Assembly (NCBI GenBank): GCA_002269645.1
Contig: NIVC01000327.1
Coordinates: 310,001-374,000 of the forward strand
Source of the DNA: Macrostomum lignano
Lineage: Eukaryota
Direction of reading: 5' to 3'
DNA: 64,000 bases
Shown here: piece by piece, positions 1 through 12,600 of the stretch
Layout of the letters: the number at the start of each line of letters is the position of its first letter
How positions within the stretch are numbered: position 1 is the first letter of the stretch
Notes under the pieces: model-generated
Databases searched by the model: none
Told to the model about the DNA's origin: nothing
What the model saw: only the letters and a program-made list of their open reading frames with translations
Program-made: the position numbers and the translations under genes

Positions 1-660
1 CAAAATCTATTACAAAATCTATCATCAATCTGTTATAAAATTCTGTAATTTAACCCCTTTCTTTTCTAAGGTTTCTCACCTAACCTGAAGAAGCAGCATT
101 CTGGCAATTGGCAGCAGCATGTTTCTGACTGTTCTAATTCTGGTGCATTATATTATTGTTAATTAAATAATGCTATTGACAATGTCAATTTCAAATTATA
201 TATTATATCATATGCGCAGCGCAACTTTAAAGATATCAATATCTATATCAGTGTGTTTATTCTTTGTGTGCCAGTGACTCACTACTGTATATAAATACAC
301 CTTACTTATTGAGACATCCTTTTTGAATATATTTTTGTGCAGAAATATTTTTTCGCTATAGCTAGTGTTTTTATCTGTGTTTCAGTTTCTTTTATATGGT
401 ATTGAGATCTGGGGTTCATATGAAATTTTGAGATCTGATATTATTTTGAGATTTAGGATGCAACAATTTATTATGGCAACCAGTATAATGGCTGTTTACT
501 CAATGACAATGTGGATTCTATGTGAAATACATAATTACTTCCATGTGGATCTTCCATGTGGAATCCATATCTCAATTCCACATGGATGGACGGAGACAAA
601 TGCACATATGGATTTCATATGAAAAATCCACATGGAATCCATATACTTTTTTTCACTGGG

Positions 661-1172
661 TGCATACATTTTAGTGCATTTACAGTATGAAACCAAAAGT
701 TTAAAAATCTGGGCTGCACTCAAAACTGAAAACTAATTTGGAGTTGAAGTAAAAATCAAAAATAACAAAAGAAATCTACATTTCTGTGCAATTTCTGCAA
801 GATTCATGCATCCAGCTCGGAGTTATTGACCTCTAGTTTGAAATGGACGCGTTTAAATGCATACATTTTAGTGCATTTACAGTATGAAACCAAAAGTTTA
901 AAAATCTGGGCTGCACTCAAAACTGAAAACTAATTTGGAGTTGAAGTAAAAATCAAAAATAACAAAAGAAATCTACATTTCTGTGCAATTTCTGCAAGAT
1001 TCATGCATCCAACTCGGAGTTATTGACCTCTAGTTTGAAATGGACGATTAAATGCACACATTTTAGTGCATTTACAATATGAAACCAAAAGTATAAAAAT
1101 CTGGGCTGCACTCAAAACTGAAAACTAATTTGGAGTTGAAGTGAAAATTAAAAATAACAAAGGAAATCTACA
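661..1172 (+). repeat. 197-bp tandem repeat, ~2.6 units (left array)
   Basis: Unit atacattttagtgcatttacag...gaaatggacgcgtttaaatgc recurs at 664, 861 and ~1056; exact reverse complement of the array at 7457-9227. Confidence 0.95.
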
Positions 1173-2767
1173 AATAGTTTTCTACATATTTGTGCGTCTT
1201 CTCCACGATGAATGAAAGTGGCGGGAATATGAAATTGAAGTCTTCACACTTATTGACCAAATTGCGTAGTTTATTGCAAAAATGACAAGATATTGTCTTT
1301 GAAGTATAAAAATTACAATTTCTTAGGAAAGTGCCAAAATTGCCATTTATTAGAGTGTAGTTAATTATAATTAAGAACATTGGTTGCTATTTAAAAGTTT
1401 TACTGTTTTAATGGCGAATATTTTTCTTTCTTGTGAAGTGAAGATTTGATGCAAATTATTTAGATAGTTTATATCTTATAGCAAAATACTTTAAATAATA
1501 TTCAGTTACAGACTTGACTTGGAAGTATTTGTTTAAACTATTATAGCCTGCTTTTTTTTATCAAAGTCTGGTGTGATTATTCTAACGATTGTAAATATAG
1601 TAAAATAATTCAGATGACAGAATGCTATACCATATAGTCATACAGTAATTGCGCAACTTTAGCTATTCTAGCAAATTTTAACCATTTTAGCTAAATATAT
1701 ATTTAAGCTCCGCTACATATTGACTTCGATGCAAGCTCTTAGTATGAAACAGTGTGACTGGTTTCAAATCAATGATGAGACATTCAAAATTAGCCCTAGG
1801 CCTTAGCTTAGGGCCTATTTAAATATTATAAGGCAAGGGCCTATATGGACTAGGCCTATGGCTGGCTATGCTTTTATCAGTTGAATTCTATCATTAGCTA
1901 GATAAAAAAAGCTTATTTAATGACTTATTCTATAGGCTAAAAGTTTTAGTTTTGAATAGGTCTATATTTTTGTTATAATTATTGTAATATACATTTTTAT
2001 TAGACAAGCTAGACTTATTTTCTTTTTACTATTGTCAGGCAGCCTACTGCCTACCTAAGAATGGTCCTATAACTCCCCTTAGACTAATCTTTGACTTTAG
2101 CTAGGCTTTTATAAGCCTAGTCTAGACTTTAAAATAGTGTAATTTTAATTAATTCAAAATTCTTATGCAAAAATTAGAAAAATTAATGATGTCTAGACAA
2201 ATATATAGATTTAGTATAGGGTGGGTTATAAGTAATAGCTAGGCCCTTGACTATTATCCTAATAAGGCAAAATAATAGACTAAGTTGATAAATTGCTTTT
2301 GAAAGACTTTATAAACTAGTAGCTAGATAATTTATAATCATTGTAGGCTGATTAATTGCTAATAATAGTGAGGATATTGGTATTGGCTGTTAATAATTAA
2401 AATTTATAATTTTAGATTAGGGCCTATTTGGCAATTAAATAGGGCCTAGGCCCTATTATTTAAAAGTAAAAATTTATATTAGGCCTATTTTATATAAAAA
2501 GTTAATATAAGCTTTTTTATGCTTTCTTATTATTAAGATGTTGTCAAAATGGCCACATGAAGAATAGCTCCGTAAAACAAAATGTGGCCATTCCACATGT
2601 GGCTGACTTGTTCTATTTACATGAAAATCTTGAAAGTATATTGGGGTTATAGTCATATAGATAATAAAAAAGATAAATAAGCTAAGGTATATTAATCATA
2701 CAATGCATTTATATGTTGGATGGAATAAAGCTACCCTAATCACTTTGTCTTATATCTTGCATTTCAG

Positions 2768-4001
2768 AAAAATCTAAGAGAAATTGCTCACTGGCACTGG
2801 CACATGGAATGGCAACCTTTCAATATTGCTAAGTATACTACATTGGTTGACTTTTGTATTTGGTAAATTTTGACACATTAAATATAAAAATTTGTTTTTA
2901 ATGTTTTTATTTAATGCATTTTGTTTTATTTATTCATTTTTATATGGTTCCTATTGAGATCTAAAACCTCATGATGATATACTTGAGTGTCCAACCTAGT
3001 AGTTTTAATAAATTTTAATAAATGGGGAACTGTACCCCAGTTTGTTCTTCTACAAGAATAAAAAAATTTATACAATTTTTACATCATGATTTAAAAGAAA
3101 CAAAAGATCACATTGCCTTGCTTGCTTCTTTTATTGTGTTATTTATTTTTTTTTCTATATTAGGTTTGTTGGATATCTAGTAAAAGATATTTTCAATACA
3201 TGTAGATGTGTTACTCATGGGATTGCCTTGGGTCTAAATGGCAATAGATTGCCACTATTGCAATTTATTGGCTTGCAATTAATTACAATTTATTGCTACA
3301 TTGGAAAAATTGCAATTTATTAGCATGTAATTAATTACAATAAATTGATAATAATAATGTAATTTTCTATGTAATTTTTTGTAATTCGACACAATTTTGG
3401 TCAATTAGTGCAGTTACACGGACTTGATTCTCTAGTATTCTAGGGTATTGGAATAAAATACTTCGATACAACCTTGACCATTACATTGTGAAGTCAGAAA
3501 TACATTTTTGAAAGTCACTGTTTGTACAGTGTGTGGGTTTCTTTATAACACACACTTAGAAATAATGTGGAAGAGCTCTTTTGTCTCTTTTCTTTTTAGT
3601 TCATTGTTTTGTTATTTTTATATAATTAGAAATATTTAGCTCATTTTATTTAATACCATTACTTTGTGTAACCAAGGATAATTTTTCTATAAAAGCTAGC
3701 TATTTATCAGAGATATGAGCTGCTCTGCACTCAAGTCTCTTTCAACCATTCAATTTTGTCACAAGCTACAGGGCCTACAGTTTACACAAATGTATGCTGA
3801 AAAGAGTTTTTATCTGATGTGTAAGAAGACTAATTAAATGTTGATTTATACCCAATAGCATTGACTATTATTGCAAAGTATTTTGCTCATCAACGTATTA
3901 TTTGTGCATTTATTTTACATGTGGAAAAGCATTCCTTTTCAAAAGAATTATATTATTTTGCTTGAAATTTCTTTCTTTCAGATATGATTCCTCTTGAATG
4001 A
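2768..4001 (+). CDS. Putative spliced ORF of unknown function, 3' part: exons 2768-2862, 3164-3201, 3982-4001 (KNLREIAHWHWHMEWQPFNIAKYTTLVDFCIW/FVGYLVKDIFNT/YMIPLE*)
   Basis: AG/GT boundaries (tttcag/gtaaat, tattag/gtagat, tttcag) give phases 0-2-1 with an open frame; no homology recognised. Confidence 0.3.
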
Positions 4002-6145
4002 AGCAAAGATCACCGCTGAATGTGAGTACTTTTTTGCAACCTTTGGGTCTACTTCGAGTCATATAATATATTCAGTTAAATCCATTTTTGCTGTGAACCT
4101 AAAAAGTATGATTCATTGTAAGCATTTTCGAACAATGTCATCAAATTGTGTTAAAAGTTAATATGGATTAAATACTATTTGAACAAATTGCAGGAACAGC
4201 TACAGCAAGTCTTGCTGCAGAACCCACCATGCCTTACATGTAGCTGGAGAAGTAGTTCCAGTTGTTGGGGGAAAATCTGCCGCAAACTCAGAACAGTAAA
4301 CAACGCAAAAAATCGAATGCGGATTCAAACTGCCACCCTTCGGTTTAAAGCTTCTGTGTCACAATGCCAGAAAAGCCTTAAGAATTGCTGCAACATCCGC
4401 AAAGATGCCAATGGTTGCACAAATGACACACTTGATGATTCAAAGGGCAGCAAAGGCAGCGCAGATGACACTGATGGTAGTGAAAGCAGCGACGATGGCA
4501 GCGAAGGCAGCGCAGATGACACTGATGGTAGTGAAAGCAGCAACGATGGCAGCGAAGGCAGCGCAGATGGCACTCATGGTAGTGAAAGCAGCGACGATGG
4601 CAGCGAAGGCAGTGCAGATGGCCTCATGGTAGTGAAAGCAGCGACGATGGCAGCGAAGGCAGTGCAGATGGCACTCATGGTAGTGAAAGCAGCGACGATG
4701 GCAGCGAAGGCAGTGCAGATGACACTCATGGTAGTGAAAGCAGCGACGATGGCAGCGAAGGCAGTGCAGATGACACACATGGTAGTGAAAGCAGCGAAGA
4801 TGGCAGCGAAGGCAGCGAAGGCTGCGCAGATGACACCAATAGCAGCGAAGGCAGCGCAGATGGCACTGATTACAGTGAAAGAAGCGCCGATAGCAACGAA
4901 GGCAACGCAGATGGCACCGCCAATGGCAGCAAGGGCTGCGGAGATCGCACAGAGACAGAGGCTAATGAAAGCAGCACGGATGACGCTCAGACAAGTGAAA
5001 GCAGCACAGATGACAACCCGATAAGTGAAAGCCTAGTTAGAGAAATCAGCGACGAGAGTACCATCGGGGATTGCAGTGAAAAGGACAATCAGGAGGCGGA
5101 TAATGACTGCAACAATACAGTTGGCTGCCAAGGCAAAAATTCGCTCCAAGAAGAGAACCATAAGCACTTGTGTGCCGTTGAAATTTCTGACCCACAACTG
5201 TGGCATTCTATTCTCAAGTCTGGATTTGAAGCAAAGTCATTTCCCGAACAGCTTGCCAACTACTGGAGGGACTTCCTGCGCAACGAACTGGAACGACGAA
5301 CAAACTGTATCATTATCTTCGACAAAAGATACGTATACTCAAGGTCCCGCAATGGTCCAATTTGGATAAAGCAGACAATGCACTGCCAGCACCCATCATG
5401 TAAAACATTCCAAGCCGTAATTTTCAAGTCAGCCTTAGATTCTACTGCATCTGGAACAGTGCATGTATACGAAGTTGGTGAGGAGCATCACCTGAATTCG
5501 CTGTGTCGACGGAGTTCTGCTTTGGAAACACAAGAAATGCTCAACAAACTAAACAAAAATCCATCGCCATCAAAAACTGGCAATCAAGTTTTTAACGAAA
5601 AACTTCTCCATGCAGATGCGTCTCTTTTGAACGCTAAAAACTTCAAACAAGTCGGAACCAAAAATCGGCACAGGCGGAATCGCATGTTAGCGGGTTCGGA
5701 TCGTTCATCGGTGCTACGCTTTGGGGAACGTGTACTACTTACCCTTTTGAACTACAAGGAAGCCTTTGATAGTGCCACCTCAGAGAAGACCCTGAAAGGG
5801 TACATTCAAACAGTGACTGCTCGTCCGTTTCAATTCACAATGTTTTGTGAGGAGCAACTCAGAACTCTGCTCGAGTGCACAGGCAAAAGTCATGTGTTGC
5901 ATTTTGATGCCACCGGTGGTATTGTAAAAAAAGTGCACTACGTAAAAGGCCAGCCATTTCTCTACTCGTTGACGCTCGAGAGTCCGCATGAATCACTTCC
6001 AGTCAACATTGCTGATGCTGTCCTAACGTCACATAACACAGAAAATGTGCACAATTTCTTGTTGCAAGTTTTCTACGCTATAAACAGGCTCCATGCTCGA
6101 TCAATTCCCCCTTTAATGGCCTTTAACTGTCATCCAACTCCTTAA
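3998..6145 (+). pseudogene. NOF-type MULE (Mutator superfamily) transposase, join(3998-4021,4194-6145); 1-nt deletion at ~4622, C-terminally truncated
   Basis: LHFDATGGIVKK (Asp codon at 5906) followed by FLY..LPV..AVLTSHNTENVHNFL matches the first catalytic region of NOF-like transposases; C-x4-C...HH zinc-binding region upstream; the D/S/E frame from ~4623 runs without stops into ORF 5168-6145; intron gtgagt(4022)...ttgcag(4193) is phase 0. Confidence 0.7.
4445..4865 (+). repeat. 51-bp coding tandem repeat (DGTHGSESSDDGSEGSA) within the transposase ORF
   Basis: Units directly visible; the unit at 4617-4625 reads gatggcctcat instead of gatggcactcat. Confidence 0.9.
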
Positions 6146-7456
6146 ACTATTGAATACAATAGGATCTCTATTTCCAGTGAAAATATCCTAAATAACTTCT
6201 GTTGCGGTGCTGCGAGAAACTGGGCCTGGGCTACTGTTATGCTGCACCAGCCGATGAGCGTTATACCCTGCTGAGTAGTCTATAGAGAAGGCTGATATTT
6301 CTTGAATTGTTGCGTACCCTCCCGATGCTGTTGATTAATCCCAAATATACTACTATATAAATACGAAAGGTAGCTCGCTGCCACCAAATAATGATTAAAA
6401 GGACTGAGAGACAATTGCTCGACTTCAAAGGTTTACGTTAGTTTAAACTTAATAACTTGTGAATAACCTTAGGATCACTAGTTTACATGTATGACCAATA
6501 CATCCAGCTTGTATTAGCGAAAACAGTTTATAGCACACAAACAGATCAGCTACTATAAACTGGCTAGAAGACTTGACATTGAAATAGTTAACGAAACATA
6601 AAATATGTACTCGGCCTCCTGTGCCCTTACCAGCACAGTCTGTTAGAGTACAATAAATCGATCGAGGTTTCCAACCAAGACCTTTTCTAGCATTTCAATA
6701 TTCGAAACTGTTCATATTAACTGAGTTCAATTAACACGTGAAGCTTTGATGCTAACTTAACTATCGGCCTAACTGACACACGAGACTGCATGGGGCTACA
6801 TTTGAGCCAAGTACGGGACCAAAAAAAGGAGTCAATTCCTGGGCCAAACGAGAGCGGTCCACTGACAAACAAGAGCGCGATAATTAACAATTGGTGCGCG
6901 CGATATTTATACCAAATACTCTGGTGCAGTAAAACAAACTTAAACATATGATGTATTCGTAACGTTATTATCGTTCATTATTAATTAGCGCCTTGCATGG
7001 ATTCCAGTGAATTCAATAGACGAATCAGTTTTGATAATGGTCACATCATTATGCGATGTCACGAAATTCGGGGAGCCCTACGACACATGTATAGGGCAGT
7101 AATTTGCATCCCAAACAATACTGAGTGTAGCGTGTAGCACGATCGTGGACTATACTCTGAATTGCGAATGATATATATATATATATATATACTGTATATA
7201 TATATACTGTATATCACCACCTGTGGATGCGACAGAGGGGATTTCAAATCAAAGCAAATCTTGTTATTGTTGTAAATATTGTTGTTATTCGCTCTCTTAA
7301 AGTAGTAATCATATACGAGAGGTTGCAATTAAAAAAAAATCAGTTAACTGACGAATCCATTGATATAATTGCGTTAAAAGCAATACAAATGTGTTTACTA
7401 GAAAACAACTACTTAATTTGCACTATGAATTAGCATTCATACCTCAGCAATTCATA

Positions 7457-9227
7457 CCCAGATTTTTAAACTTTTGGTTTCATACTGTAAATGCACTAAA
7501 ATGTATGCATTTAAACGCGTCCATTTCAAACTAGAGGTCAATAACTCCGAGCTGGATGCATGAATCTTGCAGAAATTGCACAGAAATGTAGATTTCTTTT
7601 GTTATTTTTGATTTTTACTTCAACTCCAAATTAGTTTTCAGTTTTGAGTGCAGCCCAGATTTTTAAACTTTTGGTTTCATACTGTAAATGCACTAAAATG
7701 TATGCATTTAAACGTCCATTTCAAACTAGAGGTCAATAACTCCGAGCTGGATGCATGAATCTTGCAGAAATTGCACAGAAATGTAGATTTCTTTTGTTAT
7801 TTTTGATTTTTACTTCAACTCCAAATTAGTTTTCAGTTTTGAGTGCAGCCCAGATTTTTAAACTTTTGGTTTCATACTGTAAATGCACTAAAATGTATGC
7901 ATTTAAACGCGTCCATTTCAAACTAGAGGTCAATAACTCCGAGCTGGATGCATGAATCTTGCAGAAATTGCACAGAAATGTAGATTTCTTTTGTTATTTT
8001 TGATTTTTACTTCAACTCCAAATTAGTTTTCAGTTTTGAGTGCAGCCCAGATTTTTAAACTTTTGGTTTCATACTGTAAATGCACTAAAATGTATGCATT
8101 TAAACGCGTCCATTTCAAACTAGAGGTCAATAACTCCGAGCTGGATGCATGAATCTTGCAGAAATTGCACAGAAATGTAGATTTCTTTTGTTATTTTTGA
8201 TTTTTACTTCAACTCCAAATTAGTTTTCAGTTTTGAGTGCAGCCCAGATTTTCAAACTTTTGGTTTCATACTGTAAATGCACTAAAATGTATGCATTTAA
8301 ACGCGTCCATTTCAAACTAGAGGTCAATAACTCCGAGCTGGATGCATGAATCTTGCAGAAATTGCACAGAAATGTAGATTTCTTTTGTTATTTTTGATTT
8401 TTACTTCAACTCCAAATTAGTTTTCAGTTTTGAGTGCAGCCCAGATTTTCAAACTTTTGGTTTCATACTGTAAATGCACTAAAATGTATGCATTTAAACG
8501 CGTCCATTTCAAACTAGAGGTCAATAACTCCGAGCTGGATGCATGAATCTTGCAGAAATTGCACAGAAATGTAGATTTCTTTTGTTATTTTTGATTTTTA
8601 CTTCAACTCCAAATTAGTTTTCGGTTTTGAGTGCAGCCCAGATTTTTAAACTTTTGGTTTCATACTGTAAATGCACTAAAATGTATGCATTTAAACGCGT
8701 CCATTTCAAACTAGAGGTCAATAACTCCGAGTTGGATGCATGAATCTTGCAGAAATTGCACAGAAATGTAGATTTCTTTTGTTATTTTTGATTTTTACTT
8801 CAACTCCAAATTAGTTTTCAGTTTTGAGTGCAGCCCAGATTTTTAAACTTTTGGTTTCATACTGTAAATGCACTAAAATGTATGCATTTAAACGCGTCCA
8901 TTTCAAACTAGAGGTCAATAACTCCGAGCTGGATGCATGAATCTTGCAGAAATTGCACAGAAATGTAGATTTCTTTTGTTATTTTTGATTTTTACTTCAA
9001 CTTCAAATTAGTTTTCAGTTTTGAGTGCAGCTTAGATTTTTAAACTTTTGGTTTCATACTGTAAATGCACTAAAATGTATGCATTTAAACGCGTCCATTT
9101 CAAACTAGAGGTCAATAACTCCGAGCTGGATGCATGAATCTTGCAGAAATTGCACAGAAATGTAGATTTCTTTTGTTATTTTTGATTTTTACTTCAACTC
9201 CAAATTAGTTTTCAGTTTTGAGTGCAG
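7457..9227 (-). repeat. 197-bp tandem repeat, 9 units (right array, inverted relative to 661-1172), with a degenerate unit continuing to ~9420
   Basis: cccagattttt recurs at 7457, 7654, 7849...; 1771 bp = 9x197 minus a 2-bp deletion in unit 2. Confidence 0.97.
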
Positions 9228-9600
9228 ACCAGGTCTTCAAACATTTTAATAGAGTCTGTAAATGTACGGAAATTGTTGAATTTATTTCGTCTATTTTAAA
9301 CTGAAGATCAATAGCAACTAGATGGATGAATGAATGTGACTGAAAAGTCACAAAAATGTATAAAATAGTTGTTATTTTTAATTTTTATCATCTGATTATC
9401 CCAGTTTTAGACATACGGTTAGCTTTTGAAGGATTTGAAAATTTGTTTATCTTTTCCCGAATTTGGAGTTGGAGTTGGAGTTGGAGTTCGAATGCGGGTC
9501 ATATTTTAGCTTGCTTAGTTTAGTACCTTCTCAGTGTAATTTCTCTAAATCAGCGGTTGACAAGTTCATTATATATCGATAGTAATTCGAATTATTAGCA

Positions 9601-12600
9601 ATGGCTAAGGCATGCTTTCACTGCATGAGGATATTGGTGATCCTCTTCAATTTGATTTTTGTTGTAAGTACTTATTTCATTTTCGTTGACTATTCGTTGT
9701 ATCTATATCTTTCGTTGACTTGACTGTAACTATCATGTTCTCTTTAATTAAAAAGGTCTGGCATTTTTTGCTAGTAATAATTACAATATGTGTTAAAAAG
9801 TTAAGGTGTGATTTAACTGATTAACATGAAACTATAGCGCTACTTTCAAGTTTCCTCACACCTGCAAACAAGTAATGCTTGTCTGTCTGCTAAATTAAAT
9901 TAACTGCATTTAATTTAAGCCTAAAGTAAACAATTCATGATTTTGTGTTTTTTCTTTTTAATTTCATTGTTAAATTTACCTCTAGGCTGTATTGAAGACT
10001 TAATTACCAAAGAAACTATCAACACTAGGGCCTAGTGCAGTTTGATTCACAAAATTTTTTATATTATTGAATTTAGCTTAACAAATAATTTTATTTTGAT
10101 TTTCTTACTCCTGGGAGTGCAAGGAACTGTTGTAACATGCAAAACATTTGTTTGTTTGTTTATAACAATAAATGTAGGCCTAACTCTAAACTCTAAAAGG
10201 GAGTTCATAGTTTAGTATATACCATAGTCCAGATCATGCTGTTTGCATGCCCAAACAAAATAAAATAGTTATAAATGCATGCCAAAAAAATTGGCCTTCT
10301 TGAACTTTAGGTAGATAAAATAGTTGCAGTTTCAAAAGGATCATACTTTTGTTTTTATAGGGGTTTTTGATGGTGCTAATTTCAAATTTAAGCTTCATTT
10401 TTTGTAGCTTAAAGCCAACCACTGGGATATAGGGAATAGAGGGTTTTAGGGTGGGGAGAATCTTCATGGGGGGATTGATTTTATGTACTATGTACCTAAA
10501 CTTCAATAGAGGAATAGGGGTCTATAGAGCTCTATCATTTTGGATAGCCTACTAAGACTCTGGGAAAAGTTTCAGAAAAATTAGAAAATTGGAAATATTT
10601 TACATACCTAAAGTTCAAGAAGGCCAAAAAATTGAGTACATTCCCATTCTTAAAACTATGCAAGTGTTTTAACAATAAATAGTCTTTTTTATGTTATGAC
10701 AATAATGACCTTTTTATATAGTGACAATAAATGAATTTTTTGAATTGCATAATAGACCATTTTTGGCAAATAATTTGGGTAATTTTTCTGCTCTTTGGCT
10801 ATACTATTTATAGTAGAAACTCTACGCTTGCAAAGATTTGTTCTAATGCTTTGTAACAAGCGTAAAAACCTAGAAAGCTTAAAATTTATGCTTAAAATGA
10901 ACTTTTTTATCTTTTTTCTACTTCAAAATAACTTTTCCTCATTATTCTATAAAGTACATGCCAGGTGTGTATGCACACTATTTTCTTTGGAATATGCATG
11001 CCTACTTTTAGCATGCAAGGCCAATGCATGCCTGAATTTTTGGGTATATACCATATGATCTGGAGTGTGGAATGATATGTGATATGTATATGATATGTAT
11101 AATTACAGATTGCAAATCAATTTTTATTAGTAATAATGATAGATCCAGCAGTGGTCGTGGCAATGGCGCAAATTCGCGCCTGCGCAAAAATGGCGCGAAT
11201 ACGCGAATTCTGTGACCATGGCGCGAAAAATGCGGATGGCTAATGGCGCGAAAATATGAAAAATATTCCCCCATTTTTGCGCTATTTTTTCATTAAGAAG
11301 CTTTGAACTCCAGGCACCCATTTGAATAATTAAATTTCATGATGTTCTGCACCTCCATAACTATTTTTACCTTCATATTCACATGTGCATGTCTGAATTT
11401 GTTGGGTATTCTTAGCTGTATATACATACATGCGCAACAGTCGGCCAATCCGGCCGACCGATTTGGCGGCCAATCAAGGAAGTCGCAAAAATGCCCACCC
11501 AAAAAATAACCTGAAGAGTAGTACTAAGTAGCTGACGAGGCATTTTAGCTTAATAAAACAGTCATAGTTACTTCTGCCGTTTACCCAAAGTTGCGTTAAT
11601 TTTGCTTTTGGGTTTTTTTATATGTAAGTCGCATTTTTGGCCAAAAACTACGTCGCATTTTTGTTAAAACTAAGTCGCACGGCTGACCGAATTTTGGAGG
11701 TTGCACATGTATGTGTATATATAGATACCTATGGCGCAAAAAAATTGGGGGGCACGAAAATTTAGAAGGAGACCCGCCACGACCAATGAGATCCAGTACA
11801 GGATATTGGCTAATGTTGCTTCTAGATATTAATGTGTATGCCACCATATGAACTCTTGAATATAGGACATTTTTCCTCATATCTTTTCTCTCATCTCATT
11901 TTTAATTGTTTATTGTCTCTACTTTTAATTCTTATTTCCTTCCCATGGCCCACAGACTTCCTAACCCTTGATTTATAGGTTAAAAGTTTTATTGTTTATT
12001 AGTGTATACTTCATTAGCTAACCAAATACTTTTTAGCATATAGGAAACATGAACCACAATGTAGGCTACATATAAAGATAATGTTATGCACAAATGTTAG
12101 ATATAAAAATACGACATAATAGGCCTTAACCTTTATGTAAAAAGCTTCAAAAATCCTATTTATTTTTCTTTTTTTTCTAGCATTATGTAAATTTATTGAA
12201 TTATTTTATTACATAGTATGATTAATTTATAATATAAGGGCTGTCTCTAAAGTAGTGAACTATTTTTCTCATCATACATGCGCAACTTTGGGAATCACCT
12301 GGCCGTTTCTATTGGCAACATATACATGTAAGTCGCTGTTGGCTAAGAGTAGTCACATGACTACTTTTCCATCCAAAAGCGACTTACATGTATGTGTTGC
12401 CAATAGAAATGGCTGGGTGAATCCCAAGATTGCGCCCATTCCACCCAAGCATGTCTCATTCTAAAGATTTAAATAACATTATTTTGCATAATTTTATAGT
12501 GACAACTCTCTTCTTTACATAAACTTTAACATCTTTAAAAACAAACAATGAAAAAGGGTTTCTAGCTAAAATGTAGCAGGAGCTCAGCCATAGACCTAGA

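Noticed and set aside
535-660. ccatgtgga/tccacatgg palindromic block ending ttttttcactggg as a Chapaev3 end
   Set aside because: Orientation is wrong for a right-hand cactggg terminus; likely the end of another MITE whose partner end is outside the window
6101-6120. ccccctttaa as a Kolobok-type right terminus
   Set aside because: No matching ttaaagggg left terminus upstream in the window, and the protein is not Kolobok-like
7457-9227. CRISPR-like or RNA-gene array
   Set aside because: Units are contiguous with no unique spacers; eukaryotic context; no tRNA, 5S or snRNA motif recognised
9462-9488. (ttggag)4 as a telomeric or functional repeat
   Set aside because: Only four units, not a known telomere motif
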